Below are positions 13,489 through 27,617 of a DNA stretch of 64,000 bases, in pieces. Made by a program: the position numbers and the translations under genes. The stretch's first letter is position 1; each line of letters starts with the position of its first letter. The stretch covers positions 68,262,001 through 68,326,000 of the forward strand of contig NC_043003.1 of assembly GCF_006345805.1 (NCBI RefSeq). The letters run 5' to 3'. Below the pieces are notes generated by a model that saw only the letters and a list, made by a program, of their open reading frames with translations, did not search any database and was not told where the DNA came from. Source of the DNA: Octopus sinensis (lineage: Eukaryota).

Positions 13489-14320
13489 CTACAAAAGCAT
13501 ATATCTTTATCAATTTTGTGCGCATTTTCATCTAAGGCATTGAAAGTTCTCCTGTTGCAAATGCTTTCATCTGTGTTGATTTCCGTGTCTAAGTACTCAG
13601 CAAAGAAGAGCTGATGTAAAACAGAACAAATCATAAACCTATCTAGATCGTCATTTAGAACTTTAAAATGTATCTTACTATATGAAATCTATCTACTCAG
13701 GAAGGAAATGAAAATACCAAATTCGGAACACTCATCTGTCGTAGACGATAGACACACACACACGCAACGCACCCACATATACACACATAGTCTCACTCAC
13801 TCATATATATTCCGAGAATGGTATCTGTATCTATATAGGAGAGAGAATCGGAATGTTGGAAGGTAATATGGTATACCAAGAATCAAATTTACAGATTAAT
13901 ATCTTATTCATCCATCTATTTAATTTCCCGTTATTATTATGTATGTATAGTCTCTATTTATGCATCTGTGTACGTGCGCGTGAATTTATATTTTGCGGTA
14001 GTGTGTTTTCGGCGTAATCTGAGAGTGAACAATCATAAGGATAAATATTCATACTCGAAACTCATTAAGAATTAATGAGCAAAAAACAAGAAAAATAGCA
14101 GTTCCTGGTGAGGCTACGCTCCATCTCTCAAAGCTGTCAGTAAAAAAGAAAAGCATGATTATATATGTTATAACCATAGGTAGACAGACAGACAGACAGA
14201 CAGACAGACATACAGACATGCAGACAGACAGACAGACAGACAGACAGATGGATAGATACATACATACATACATACATACATTCATACATTCATACATACA
14301 TACATACATACATATATACA

Positions 14321-14338
14321 TAGATGGATAGATAGATG

Positions 14339-14401
<63 letters not shown>

Positions 14402-14432
14402 GGATGGATAGATAGATAGATAGATAGATAGG

Positions 14433-14501
<69 letters not shown>
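14321..14501. repeat. (GATA)n microsatellite with no insertion
   Basis: About 45 GATA units with a few GATG variants. Confidence 0.95.
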
Positions 14502-14622
14502 TGCAGTTGAACTTGTGTTAGCCGCTCAGAAACAGACTATACATTTATTTTGGCCTTTTCACTGATAACTTAACATAATCACATATGTATATATGTGCAT
14601 TGGTGAAGATATATATGCATAG

Positions 14623-14704
<82 letters not shown>

Positions 14705-16014
14705 GTGTATACATATGATTATACATATGTATATTGGATCATTAGTAGTGTATTTAAAAGGAAATGTGTTTTGCTGTCCTGTTACGCATTCCCGGTGATA
14801 CACATTAAGCGGTTATAGCGTTTTCTAGGCCGGAGTACATGTTTATGCGCATATCACGAAGACAAAAATTATCGCCAACTCTATCTGAAATTTTTAATCC
14901 GGGGTTTCAATCTTAGATCTATTCATACCATTTCATTTGCTTTTGTAATATAAGACATCTAAAATATTTATTGCATAGTGTTTACCCTCTGTTTCTTTAA
15001 TATTAATAATATTTTGTTTTTATCGTTCCTCGTAGGAAGAACTGTTTTTATTAAAGCTTATGTTTAGTTGAGTGATTTTTTTCAGTTATGTTCTATTAAT
15101 TCATCGTTGTTTTTAAATATTAAATGCACGTTCTGCTTTGTAGTATTTCATCTTCTAGGTCTCTGCTTTAATTTTTTTTTTTATCTGAGACTGATTTATT
15201 ACTTCTATATGTTGGTTCAACATGCTAGAAATACCACGTTTTGTTAATAACTGCTTTGTAGCATTTCACCTTCTATGTTTTTTATATTTTAGACTGATGC
15301 ATCACCTGTATATGTTCGTTCAACATGCTTCAAATACCAGCCAAATTACCCTCTCCTCATACTTAAGGACCTTGAATGACTGTTTAACTACTAGGAGTGG
15401 GGTCTTTTCTTGCTATCCGCATTTAAAGAAATAAATCTTAACTGTAATTAAGATACATCCATCTAATACGACGTAATGTTTCGGTATACATAAGACAACG
15501 GTTTTTTTATATGTTGACGTTCAACTGATATGTATCCCATCCATGAAGTCCTGGGTTGCTATATTTCAGAAAGGGCTTTTGTATTTTCTGCACGTTAATG
15601 ATATATATATATATATAGATAGATTGAGAGAGATAGAGAGAGAGAGAGAGAGGGAAAGAGATAGATAGAAAAATAGATAGGTATAGAGAAAGGGAGAAAG
15701 AGGGAGAGAGAAGAAGGTAGAAAGGAGAGAAGGAGGGTGAGAGAAGACAGACAGAAAGAATTAATTCAAACAGCCAGGCACAACGTGATACCATAAAGGA
15801 AAAATGCAATCGTCATTAAATCTGATTAAGGCTGACGAAACATCTGTATTGCGCATGGCTGTTTATATAAAATCTTAGTAAATGCAAACGGATATCGCTA
15901 AATCATCCATGAATTTTTATGGTAAAAATACATACACAGGATTGGACAAAGTCACCTGGCAGTAACTAGACTGAGAGCCAATCCTGATTTGATTAGACAT
16001 GAAGCTCCGAAATA

Positions 16015-18290
16015 CTGGCAAGGCACAATATGTGTACAAATGGTCCTAATACCATGAAACGTGATTCTTAAGTACGCTCAGGTATGGATTAATTAATTAT
16101 GATTAATTAATTAATTACCTTGCGTAAGTAACTTATTTAATTAGACCTTGAGCTCCAGTAATGAATCACATTGAATATTACTCCTTAGACACAAGTGATA
16201 CTTAAATGAAAACTTAAGAAAAAAATGGGTATGGAAAAACAAATTAAGAAGTTTTAATTAGACACATAATAAGGAATTAATTAAACTTTCTGCTGCAGCG
16301 TCAATTACTTCGCAGAAATGTTCACTAAACCCAGCTGAATCTATTCATGTCACTTAAGAACCATTTTAGGTATGGATTTATAAGAAGCATTTTCTACACT
16401 AATTAAGGAGAAATATACTATTTTGAAGCTACGTGATGAAGCAACATACAAACGTGTCTTAGACCCAAAACGTGTTTTTCCAGAGTTTGTCACGTTTTTG
16501 TAACGCTTTATCCAATTCTTTACTCATATTCATTCGCATTCAGATCATCAGAGTACGAACACGCCTGATATTCGTCTTCTGCTAGTCAATGAAATCTATG
16601 ACAGGCAGCAGAAAGGTGGTTACCCTCTTGAACCGTTATGGCTACAGTATCACTTATCATTGCGCAGAGGAACTAGAGATTGAGTTGGCCCTTGCCCACA
16701 ATGTGAAGCAATCCATCATCCCCGAGGGTTTACAACCAAACTGAGTAATGGAGAATGCCTACGATAATTATGACAAACTCGCCTACACTCTATCAGGTGC
16801 CGCAATGAACTTTTGCAACAATACCAACATGCAAGATTTGTTGCGAACTTGTGGAGAGATGCCGGACAATTGTTGCTTGAACAACAACCAGAGCACGGGT
16901 GGGAACTGATCGATAACGTACACGATCATCTGTTTTCGAGGCGCTCAACTGCCTGTCAGTCTGAAAGAGGTTAGACCAGAATCACTGCACATTGACGAGT
17001 TCGGTGATGACGAGGATGATACCATGTTGACCGTATCCTCTGGCGACGAGCAGTCAGACTCCGGTACAGAATAGAATACACACTGAAGCCCTCTGAATAA
17101 TGGGTCGTCATGTACCAACACCTCTTTGGTGTAGACGTATTGAGAGATTAAAAATGTCATGGCGTATGTGTCGTTTAGAATTAGAATATCTAACGTGAAG
17201 TATTTATATATTTGATCATCATATAAAACTTTGTTAATTCTAACAATGCGAGTAAGGGTTTCAATCTAATCTTGCTTTGTAAGCTGCAGTTTTGGTAACA
17301 GGCCAAAGCTGGCACATGGTACATATACGTTTCAATTCGTTGTTCGTTTCTAATAGCCAGTTTGCATTTAGGTGACATTTTTGTCCAAGGGGCAACTTGC
17401 ATTTTGTAGTAGTTTTAATCCATTTTTGTGAAGTTTGTGAGGAACAATTCAACTTTAAGGGGAAAATTACTGCTTTAAACATTAATCTTATTCGAATGAA
17501 CGAAAGCTACATGCATTATGTGTTGACAGAAGTCAGCAAAAGTAATGGAGGAAGTATTCCGATGTCATGCAATGGAAAATCAACATTTTTTCAGTTAAAG
17601 GTTTTCTTTCATTTTCAACACAGAAGGATATATTAATTAGTCGAAATGCTTCTTAAAGTAGGGATCCATACCTATCATTATTACATACTATATTTATATT
17701 CATATTGACGAGCCGTATATTTTTGTGAGAGAATTTATACCGGAGCAGAAAGTCTAATTAAGACCTAATTAACGATCTAATTAAAGGTGTCTTATTGTCT
17801 GCCAATATTTGGGATGTTTCTTAATTTCTTCCATCCATGTCAACTGGGTCCAAGACATGTTTCTATGTTGTATTCATACATTGTTTCTGTATGCTTATTC
17901 TTAATTAGTGTATAGTGATTATTAGAAATTAGAAATCCATACCTAAAATGGTTCTTAAGTGACATGAATAGATTCAGCTGGGTTTAGTGAACATTTCTGC
18001 GAAGTAATTGACGCTGCAGCAGAAAGTCTAATTAATTCCATATTACGTGTCTAATTAAAACTTCTTAATTTGTTTTTCCATACCCGTTTTTTTCTTAACT
18101 TTTCATTTAAGTATCACTTGTGTCTAAGGAGTAATTGTCAATATAATTCATTACCGGAGTTTAAAGTCTAATTAACTTAATTATTTACGCAAGTCGATTA
18201 TCTCATTATTAATTAATCCATACCTAAGCATAATTAAGAATCACGCTTCATGGTATTAGGACCATTTGTACATATATTGTGCCCTGCTAG
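16015..18290 (+). mobile_element. Internally deleted cut-and-paste DNA transposon with long TIRs, tentatively Academ-like
   Basis: About 16015-16379 is the reverse complement of about 17934-18290 at high identity, with patchy similarity for ~90 bp further inward. Termini CTGGCAAGGCAC...GTGCCCTGCTAG, flanked by TA. Transposase-like fragments lie inside. The superfamily call rests on remembered motifs only. Confidence 0.8.
16589..17074 (+). pseudogene. Fused central and C-terminal fragments of a transposase-like protein
   Basis: MKSMTGSRKVVTLLNRYGYSITYHCAEELEIELA...IIPEGLQPN*VMENAYDNYDKLAYTLSG. A frame change near 16800 gives QQYQHARFVANLWRDA...PEHGWELIDN, then after a shift FRGAQLP...DEFGDDEDD...SGDEQSDSGTE* (stop 17072-17074). 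Confidence 0.7.
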
Positions 18291-18512
18291 TATTTTGTAC
18301 TGGCTCCTGCATTAAATTAAAAAGTATTAAATTCCAAGATTTGTTTATGTTTAACAAGTGAATGTATTTAATAAAAGCATCTAAATATTGGGAAAATTGT
18401 TTAAACTGAAGACCTTCTTGAACGACACATTTTTTTTATTTGTGTCGATACAGAATTACAGATGGTACTTTTGAAATTTTGATTCACTATCTGGTGAAAT
18501 TTGCCGAACCCT

Positions 18513-18558
<46 letters not shown>

Positions 18559-18900
18559 ACATATGTACATATATGTACGTAAATATATGTGTGTGTGTGT
18601 GTCAGTGTGAATGGGTGAATGTGCATATCGACATTCCATGTTAATACGAGTATAATGATAGAGGGAGTGAGAGATACAGACGGAGAGGGGAAGCTCTCGA
18701 AATAATGACTAAAACAAGAGATTGACACATTAACTGTGAAGCAACTGACCAAAAGTATACAATTTCAACCATCCCAGGAAAACAAGCCCTTTCTCTCCTT
18801 TCTTTCCTTTTTTCTCCAAAACCACATCGTACGAATACTTAGATACGCATGCGTACACACATACATACACACACATAAGTAGGCATATATGTATATATAT

Positions 18901-20147
18901 GTGTGTGATGGATAGGGGATGATAGGGAGATGAAGTAAGATAGAGAAAGCTGAATTTACTTATATTCATTACTGTATTAAGATCCTTGAGAAATAATGGA
19001 ATAAAATTTTTAAGTAAAATGAAATAGTAGTGGTAATGAAAACAATACAAAGATGGAGCTATTATAATTTAGTATAATCATATAGCATTAAAATAAATTT
19101 ACAAGTTAGATGTAAGAGTGATGAATAAATAAAATATTTAGACAAAAATGGAGAAAAAATTATTTAAACATTATACAAAGTTGTTTATGAGATGTAAAAA
19201 TTTAGAATCTAGAACCATTAGTTAATAAAGTATATAATGTGTTTAAGATATAAAGTTATAAACATGAATTATACGATCATGTATATAAAATATAAACTCT
19301 AAAAAATATCTAAAGGATATATATATATTATATAAGGGCATATAAAAAATGTAAAATATATACAAATATATACAATATATTTATGAAAGTTATAACGGTA
19401 TATATATATAGAAAAAGTTAGAAGTTCTTTATTACAAAGATAGAGATAAAAATAAATATAGCAGAATTTCCTATAAATATACATAAAAATGATAAAAGGT
19501 TTTACAAATGTTTGTAAGGTATACAATAAAAATACATAACGATAAAAATTAATCTTAGAGTATATATTTTATACTCAGTGGAGGAGTGAAATTGAAAAAA
19601 AAAACTACAATATTAAAGATAAAATCAATTTATATCACCCGTATATAAAAGGAATTTATTTAGGAAAAGGGTAGATATGTATTGAAATAACTAATTATAT
19701 GTTAATTTGGAGGTTTATAACATTTTGAATTATAAATTATATCCTAGTTGAAGTCATAGAATAATCATTTCAACTCAAATGTTATAAGGTCAAATCATGA
19801 GAGAGTGTTATCAGTAAGGTTTGTTAAAGGAATACTAAATCTATTTCATTGAATAAGTATTATTAAAGTTAACTAGCAATGCAAATACTGATATGATAAA
19901 AGAATATTTTTAAAATATGGTCTTTAAAAAGTGCCAAAAAATTGTCAAAGTTTACGAAGCGTTACAATAATTCAACAGATAATAAACTATAAAGGAGCAG
20001 AAATAAAATTAGGAAGAGAAAAGCAAATGCAAATTAATTCCTATTTATTAATTCGTAATTTGATATTGAATACGGTAATGAGTGTAAGTAAAATCAGATT
20101 CAATCTGTCTTACTTTTTCTCCCTATCATTCCCTCTCCATCACACAC
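18901..20147. repeat. Diverged ~100-bp inverted repeat arms around an extremely AT-rich interior
   Basis: GTGTGTGATGGATAGGGGATGATAGGGAGATGAAGTAAGA... at 18901 matches the reverse complement of ~20050-20147, roughly 80% by eye. Confidence 0.6.
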
Positions 20148-20407
20148 TCCCTTATTACTGACCTAACCCATACCCATTTTGCGAAGATTAAGGCGACATA
20201 TAGTCCTATCACTTTTCGTAGTTTAGTAGGCTGACCTGACATTAATCACTTTTCTCACCACTGACCAGTGCACAACTTAGGGAAGAAAATCTAGACGATC
20301 GGATCCGATAGTTTATTCCGTCGTTAGAAGCTTAGATAATTGTGTCGGTTGTATCCATTACCTCCTCACCCTACTATAAACTCTAAGAGCCCATAACTTA
20401 TTCTTTA

Positions 20408-21135
20408 ATCTATCTGTCCAACAACATTTTAAATTTCATACGAAGAGATCAATGTAAATGTTTTTACTCATCGAATGTGTTAACTACGTTGAACAACTTG
20501 AACTGTCCTCTCTCTTTGAGGATCATGAATTCACATGGCTAAAGTAGTTTCTATACGATGATGTAATGCTCCCATTAACCAATAATAGGAGCCGTTGGAA
20601 ACGGCCGTAATGAACTGACATCGGTACGTGTTTATTACTCACGTATGTTTTATACACCTATCCTCAAATCTAAGCTTCGTAGATATTATAGACAGTATTT
20701 TTAATATAAGGTACATGTTTGAAAATGTAAGAGCAGATTTCTTTATTCAGCAGGGTCTTATTATCTGTATACACGGCAAAAATATTATATGGCACGAAAT
20801 GCCATATAATTTTTTAAGGTTTCTCTAACATTCGTACGTTTTCTCTTTGCCAGTGTTACGTAAGGTGATTGGCCTGCCGCATAATCCGTATTCGCAGGTT
20901 TTATCAAAATCTTAGTCAATATTACCTGATATTACCGAGGATTGTTTCCTTGTATGTACTTAGATGTTTCAGAAATGTCTTTATAATAGCTAAATTTGGT
21001 TCTTGCATCAACACAAATTTTACAACAAACATCAATAATAATATCCGAAACCAAAGTTTATATACTTTTTTCAATTACCAAGAATATCTATCTGTCCAAC
21101 AACATTTTAAATTTCATACGAAGAGATCAATGTAA
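20408..21135. repeat. Identical 50-bp direct repeats (20408-20457 and 21086-21135) around a 628-bp unique segment
   Basis: ATCTATCTGTCCAACAACATTTTAAATTTCATACGAAGAGATCAATGTAA occurs twice with no mismatch. Confidence 0.95.
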
Positions 21136-21309
21136 TAGAAATAAAAGTAAAGAAAATATAGACAATACATTTAATTTTCTATTAAGCTTTCATTTCCTCC
21201 AATATTAGGAACACACACACACAAAAAAGAAATGGCTGGTAAACATACAATATATCACGCGAGGAATTTACTATGATGTTTTCAAAAGTTATATCTGAGT
21301 AATGGTCGT

Positions 21310-21334
21310 ATATATATACTATATATATATATAT

Positions 21335-21367
<33 letters not shown>

Positions 21368-21424
21368 ATATATATATATATGTTTGTGTGTGTATATATA
21401 TATATACACAACATATATATATAC

Positions 21425-21459
<35 letters not shown>

Positions 21460-21518
21460 CATATTATATATATAACATATATATATATAATATATAGATA
21501 CATAATATTATATATATA

Positions 21519-21550
<32 letters not shown>

Positions 21551-21636
21551 TATAAATATATATATATACATATATATATACACATACATATAGATATATA
21601 ATATATATACATAATATATATATATATATATAAATA

Positions 21637-21685
<49 letters not shown>

Positions 21686-21757
21686 CATATAGATATATAA
21701 ATATACAACATTATATATATATATTATACATACCTATATATATATATATATATTTAA

Positions 21758-21788
<31 letters not shown>

Positions 21789-21846
21789 ATACATCTATAT
21801 ATATATACATATATTTATATATAAATATACATACATATATATATAG

Positions 21847-21895
<49 letters not shown>

Positions 21896-21900
21896 CTATA

Positions 21901-21976
<76 letters not shown>

Positions 21977-21977
21977 T

Positions 21978-22069
<92 letters not shown>

Positions 22070-22070
22070 A
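21310..22070. repeat. Very long imperfect (TA)n array
   Basis: About 760 bp of TA with scattered C and extra A/T interruptions. Confidence 0.95.
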
Positions 22071-22420
22071 TACAAAGAAGCCACCAAAAGTCATGATATT
22101 CTGACAGTTAATTACGTTGTAACAATATTACTTACATTTACAACTACTTAGTATTCATGCATCAAACAGAGCATATGCTGAGTATTGCAAAATTAAGTAG
22201 AAAAATTATATATATAAGTCAACGGAGTTCCGAAGATTTTATATGTTACATCTTACTGAGTGGAAGGAAAAACTGAAACGACGGAATTTTTGACAACAAA
22301 GAAGCATTCTAAACAAATACGCTAATTGCACTTTCAGGTACATAACTATCACATACACATACACGAGCGCAAACACGCACACATATCTATATACATGATC
22401 AATATATATATATATTTATA

Positions 22421-22460
<40 letters not shown>

Positions 22461-22701
22461 ATGTATGTATGTATGTATGTATGTATGCATGCATGCATGT
22501 ATGTACGTATGTATATATACATATATATGCCTTATTTTTCTTCCCCTTTATTTCTTTCTCCCTCTTTCTCTTTATATATATATGTACGTGTATATGTATG
22601 TATGCATGCATGTATGTATGTATGCATGTATGTATGTAGGTATGTATGTATGTATGTATGTATGTATGTATGTATGTATGTATGTATGTACGTATGCATT
22701 G

Positions 22702-24407
22702 ACCACACCCTTCTCGTTCAAAATTAGTTAACTTTGTGTGCCCTAATAAATTGATGGATAAATATACTTATTCGGAATGAAAAAATACAAGCGGTCCTCA
22801 CTAAAATTACTGAAATCATATATTAATAATAGTAGCAGATGCTATATATGCAGGCTGCGATGGGTAAATTGTCACAATTATATATTTTAATTTCACGCAT
22901 GAGCATTGTATGTTTTTGAATTTGTCGACTAAAAATATAACAGTGTTAGTTGGCAATCGTCTGTGAGAAAAACAGCACTATGACGCAATTCACTGCGGCA
23001 GACATTTAGAAAGGACATACTGTACTGCTTGGTATTCGTGCCGGAAGCTCCAATACGAACGTTTTAGATTGTTTATGTGGCAATCTGAGGACAGTTCAAT
23101 GTGAGGACATGTACCGAGAATGATTAAAATCAAACATCCCTTCAACATCAAGGTGTTCGGAGCGACCACTAGTGATAGTGATGTGACCACTGGTGATGAT
23201 ACGGAACCTAGATCAAGTGCCTGGAGGAGGTAGTCCCAGGTTAAGTGGGTGGCTGCTGGAAGACCCTATGTCTGGCAAAAGGTTTCTGCACTATGTCACA
23301 CAAGCAGGAGAGCTCAGTCGTGGCTGTTAGAGAATATCTGCGACCACATCACCCCTAACATCTTGTCACCTAACTCACAAAACTGCAAGCCCCTTGATTA
23401 TTGTGTGTAGGGTGCAGTTGAGCGAGAGACCAACAGAACGCCTTGTAACACCAAAGATGAACTGAAGGCAAGGATTATGGCACTAATCACCAACTGAAAC
23501 AAAGCGACTGCCCAAACGTGTTGCAGGAAATTCCGAAGTCTTCTGGAGGTGGTAGTTGAAGCCAATACCAATGTTATTGAATGAATTTATTCTTCAGTAT
23601 TTCGATATATTTTTATGTAATTTTGGTAAATATATCTGTTAAAATGAGATGTACGTGTTATTTTCATTTTTACGTAATTCAGACGACAATATATTCACCG
23701 CACCCTCGATGTGTCTGTGTGTGTGTGTATGTGTGTGTGTGTTCTTATCTGTAACCAATATATGTGTACACATTTACATATAAATACATGTGTTTGAAAC
23801 TGGACCTCAGAAAACATTAATTTAACATAGATGTTCATTTAGGGATTTATTTTGCTTTCAGTAAAGCGTCCATTGTTCGTTTTGTCAGATTTACAAAATA
23901 ATATATAAGATTATAGTGCTGTCAAGATTTGCTGTTATCCAATTTTATATTGTGCACGATCGCATGAGCCATTGCATTTGGTCCTTGTTGAAAACGCATG
24001 ATCAAGAAGAAACTCACGCACTTGCGATTCCAATATAAAGTCATTCATGAAATCTACAAATTGCAATTTTAATTTGAAAGATGTATATTACATCAGTTGT
24101 CTGAAATGCCGTCTGCCCTTCACTGCTTTGTGGCTTTGAGTTAATATCGCGATTTCTTCTGACTGAGGTTACTACAATTCTTGTTAAGAGTTTGTGTTTA
24201 TGATTAATAGAGTTTGTATCCTGTTACATGAATATATTAGGAAATACTTAAATTTATATCCAGAGTGCATCTGCTACTATTATTAATATATGATTTCAGT
24301 AATTTTAGTGAGGACCGCTTGTATTTTTTCATTCCGAATAAGTATATTTATCCATCGATTTATTAGGGCACACAAAGTTAACTAATTTTGAATGAGAAGA
24401 GTGTGGT
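22702..24407. repeat. 141-bp inverted repeat arms (22702-22842 and 24267-24407)
   Basis: The arms are reverse complements with three transition mismatches by manual comparison. Confidence 0.92.
22851..23707 (+). mobile_element. Second internally deleted maT/DD37D-type transposon copy
   Basis: Left TIR CAGGCTGCGATGGGTAAATTGTC at 22851, right TIR GACAATATATTCACCGCACCCTC. 23255-23584 translates AGRPYVWQKVSALCHTSRRAQSWLLENICDHITPNILSPNSQNCKPLDYCV*GAVERETN...EANTNVIE*. Homologous to 5842-6482. Confidence 0.85.
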
Positions 24408-24595
24408 GGCCGAACCGTCAGCATCCAGGACAAAATGTTTAGTGGCATTTCGCTTTTCCCCTATACGTTATGAGTTCAAATTTGGCCGAGCTCGACTTTG
24501 CTTTTCATCCGTCAGGTCTCGATAAAATAAGTATCAGTGGTGCATGGCGTTACACCAAAACAACTGGCCTTGTGCCAAAATTTTGAAACTAATAT
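24408..24595 (+). mobile_element. SINE family 2
   Basis: GGACAAAATGTTTAGTGGCATTTCG...GAGTTCAAATT...TCGACTTTGCTTTTCATCC...GGCCTTGTGCCAAAATTTTGAAAC. Homologues at 41726, 43510 and 46091. Confidence 0.75.
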
Positions 24596-27364
24596 TAACT
24601 AATTTATGTTGCACCTCATGGATTACATCATTTAAAATTCGTCAGTTGATGAAAATGTAGACACTCGTAACTCCGCAATTAAGAGACGGGACTTAACTGT
24701 ACTGATAACGACTAGAAACAGTACTTCAACACATATTTATCTCACGTGAAAAAGAATATATACTGCTACCACGATATTTATTTCGAAATCATAAAAATTT
24801 GCAGCATTTACCATTATATTATTTTAAATCCGATGATAGGTATTCTATTAGTTATACAATTTATACCATACCATTGACACGAGAACAACACGCATTTAAA
24901 TTTGAAAATTGTAAGTTGAGAATGAAAGATTTAGAAGTCACAGAATCTCAGCCCAAATATCCTATTACATTTTAGCATCGCAGAAAATGCATTATAGGTC
25001 TTTTCTCTGTTGGAATTCTATATAATATTTCCATAACAAGTTTATCCATTATTTTTGTAAATTTAGATTTAAAATGTCCTTTTACAAGATAATATAGCAA
25101 CAAAAATGAATAGAGTTTATAGGTTTTGTCGAGTGATAACCGATTACGATTAAGCACAATATAACGTTTCGTATAAACAACGACATAAGGAATATGCTTA
25201 CAGTCTATCTTATTGGTACAGAATTTGTTTACGCTTCACTCACACTAACCAGGGACTTACAAATTTCATATATGCGTGTATTTCCATCGTTCGTTAGTGA
25301 ATAAGTATGTTGGTAGAGATATCGTTGAAGAGCGTTAAGAGCAAATCAGTTTGCAGAATCTAACATCAAGACATATAGGCTAGAAATGAAACAAGGAAAC
25401 ACTAGTTCCCTTCATTACACAAAACTTGGTCTGTATTATAATTTTGACACGTACCACTCACCACATTATCACATCTTTTCCTCTCGTATTTTTATCCCAT
25501 TCTTACACATCTACTTACATTCATTGTGTAGATTCTCATATTTCTAATTTACCGGATGAATTATGGAAGTCATGTCAAAATACTCCTTGGTACGCCATTT
25601 CTAAAGCCATTTATTTAAATACTTGCCATAGAATTTTGGCATGACGTATCCGTTTCCACTAACAGACTATCACATCAAATTTATCAATGATTGACACACC
25701 AACTTTATAATATATAAGCTATGGTTTGTATAGTATAAGGATGTCCTTGCGATTAGAGTGTCATTGTCTTATTAAATTGAGCGTAAACATTTATGTGCTG
25801 TTAAACCAGTAAATATATGGCTAGCAATCACGCAGACAAATCGATATATATTTATCGTAATATACGGAAATCGTAAATGCCACTTAACATCTTATCAACT
25901 TAGAATACATTTGGAAGAACGTATTTGGAAGTGTGTAATTATTCAGGATAGAGCTAGTGTGCTATATCAACTTAGGAAACATTCGGAAGTATTGTTGTTA
26001 TTGTACTTGCTGATGTTGTTTAAAGCTAGAATATCCTGATTGGGTATACCCGTGATCAGAAATGTTCTAGACATTATTGTCCCTTACCTTTTTAGTCATG
26101 ATATAAAGAGGACCGGGCAGCAGGACAAAATTTAACAAATATTTATTTGCTATTTCTAGCATGTCGAACGGCTGCCTTCCTCAGTAGCTGGAGGGATATG
26201 TGCAGAGATATATAATACTTAGGTTATATTTGCCTTCATACTTTACTCAATTTCGTCTACAAGAGCGCAGGTGACAGGAAATTATCTTCTGTATGTTTCA
26301 GTCCAATGTCAGACATTGATATTCAATTCTGCCGAAGCTTTCATAAAAGAAATAATGAAAGAAAAACATAAAAATGTTTAAAGGTGGAAAAATAAACACT
26401 AAACGAATGTAAAACACATTTTCACTTGCAATGAAAGCTTACAGTATACTATAATCAAAGGTTGTCTGGTGACATATGCTATTCATTTACAGTAAAATGT
26501 CGAACGGTATAAAAGCACATACAATGAGAGCAACAGACATGTAAATATATAAACACGCACAAGACAGACTATGTAAATATTACTGGAGACCATTATTATG
26601 GAATATTAGATAAAATAATTCCCAAGATTGTTTTCTATCACAAATATATTTAGTCACATGAATAATTTTGATCGATTTATGGAACTAAAAGAGAGTTTCA
26701 AAACTGCAATATGTGTACAGTCATTTTGTATATACTAAAATATGTAGAGTTTATTAATATATAATATTTCTATTATAGACAGGAAAATAATATAATCGTT
26801 GATTAAAGCAACACATACAATCGCTTTTTTTTAATCATAGGATAGAGACTGTCTGGTATTTATCTTACATAATGGTTTATTTCAGCTTACATTAGTCTAG
26901 TAATAACCAAGTAACAAATTCTCATGCGAACAGTTGACATTTAATAGCTTATTGTGTTATCCTTCATTTCCGCCGAAATGCGTAGGGGGTGTTTTCATAT
27001 TATTACACACTAATAATAAAATTTACTGTCAGTTTTAGGAAATAGAGAAAATTATCGAATATATATTGATTCGATTAATGCTGTACATCTTCCGTCAATG
27101 TTCATTCTATGTGTTGCAGTTGCTCCCTTAAACGGGAATTTTTATGGTTCCAATTACAGCATAGGTTTCAACTGAACATATCTCATTCCCTTATGAATAG
27201 GCTTGTTCTGGGTTAGTTTTCATTAACTTTGTCATCTATTTCTGTGTTTCAGAACACTTATTTAAAAATTATACCCATTCTTTGAAAAAAAAATAACATT
27301 CGGTTAGCCTAACAATGACGTTTGTCAGGTTTTATTATTTGTTACTATCATATATCTCTTATAT

Positions 27365-27600
27365 GTTATGTTTCGGTAATAAGACTACGGACAGGCTGAA
27401 GCACAAGCTACCAGAGTCTGTAGGAATTGAATGAATCAAGCCCAATGTTGTGCATTTTTGAAACCTGTTAGCTATTTTATCGGGCACTTGTGCCGAAACG
27501 CTAAATAAAAGGGACGTAAATAAAGCAGCACCGGTTATCAGGCGGCATTTCGAGACAAAAGCACAAAGGCAAGCAAACTCACACACGTGGGCGCATATAT
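27365..27600 (-). mobile_element. SINE family 1 tail, strongly decayed
   Basis: TATCGGGCACTTGTGCCGAAACGCTAAATAAAAGGGACGTAAA resembles the tail segment of the other copies. Confidence 0.45.
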
Positions 27601-27617
27601 ATATATATATATATATA

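Noticed and set aside
15130-15330. Diverged ~120-bp tandem duplication (CTGCTTTGTAG.ATTTCA.CTTCTA...GTTCAACATGC twice)
   Set aside because: Real but old and featureless, so not pursued as a finding.
16945-17160. 71-aa minus-strand ORF with a Ser-rich stretch
   Set aside because: Antisense to the acidic C-terminus of the transposase relic on the + strand.
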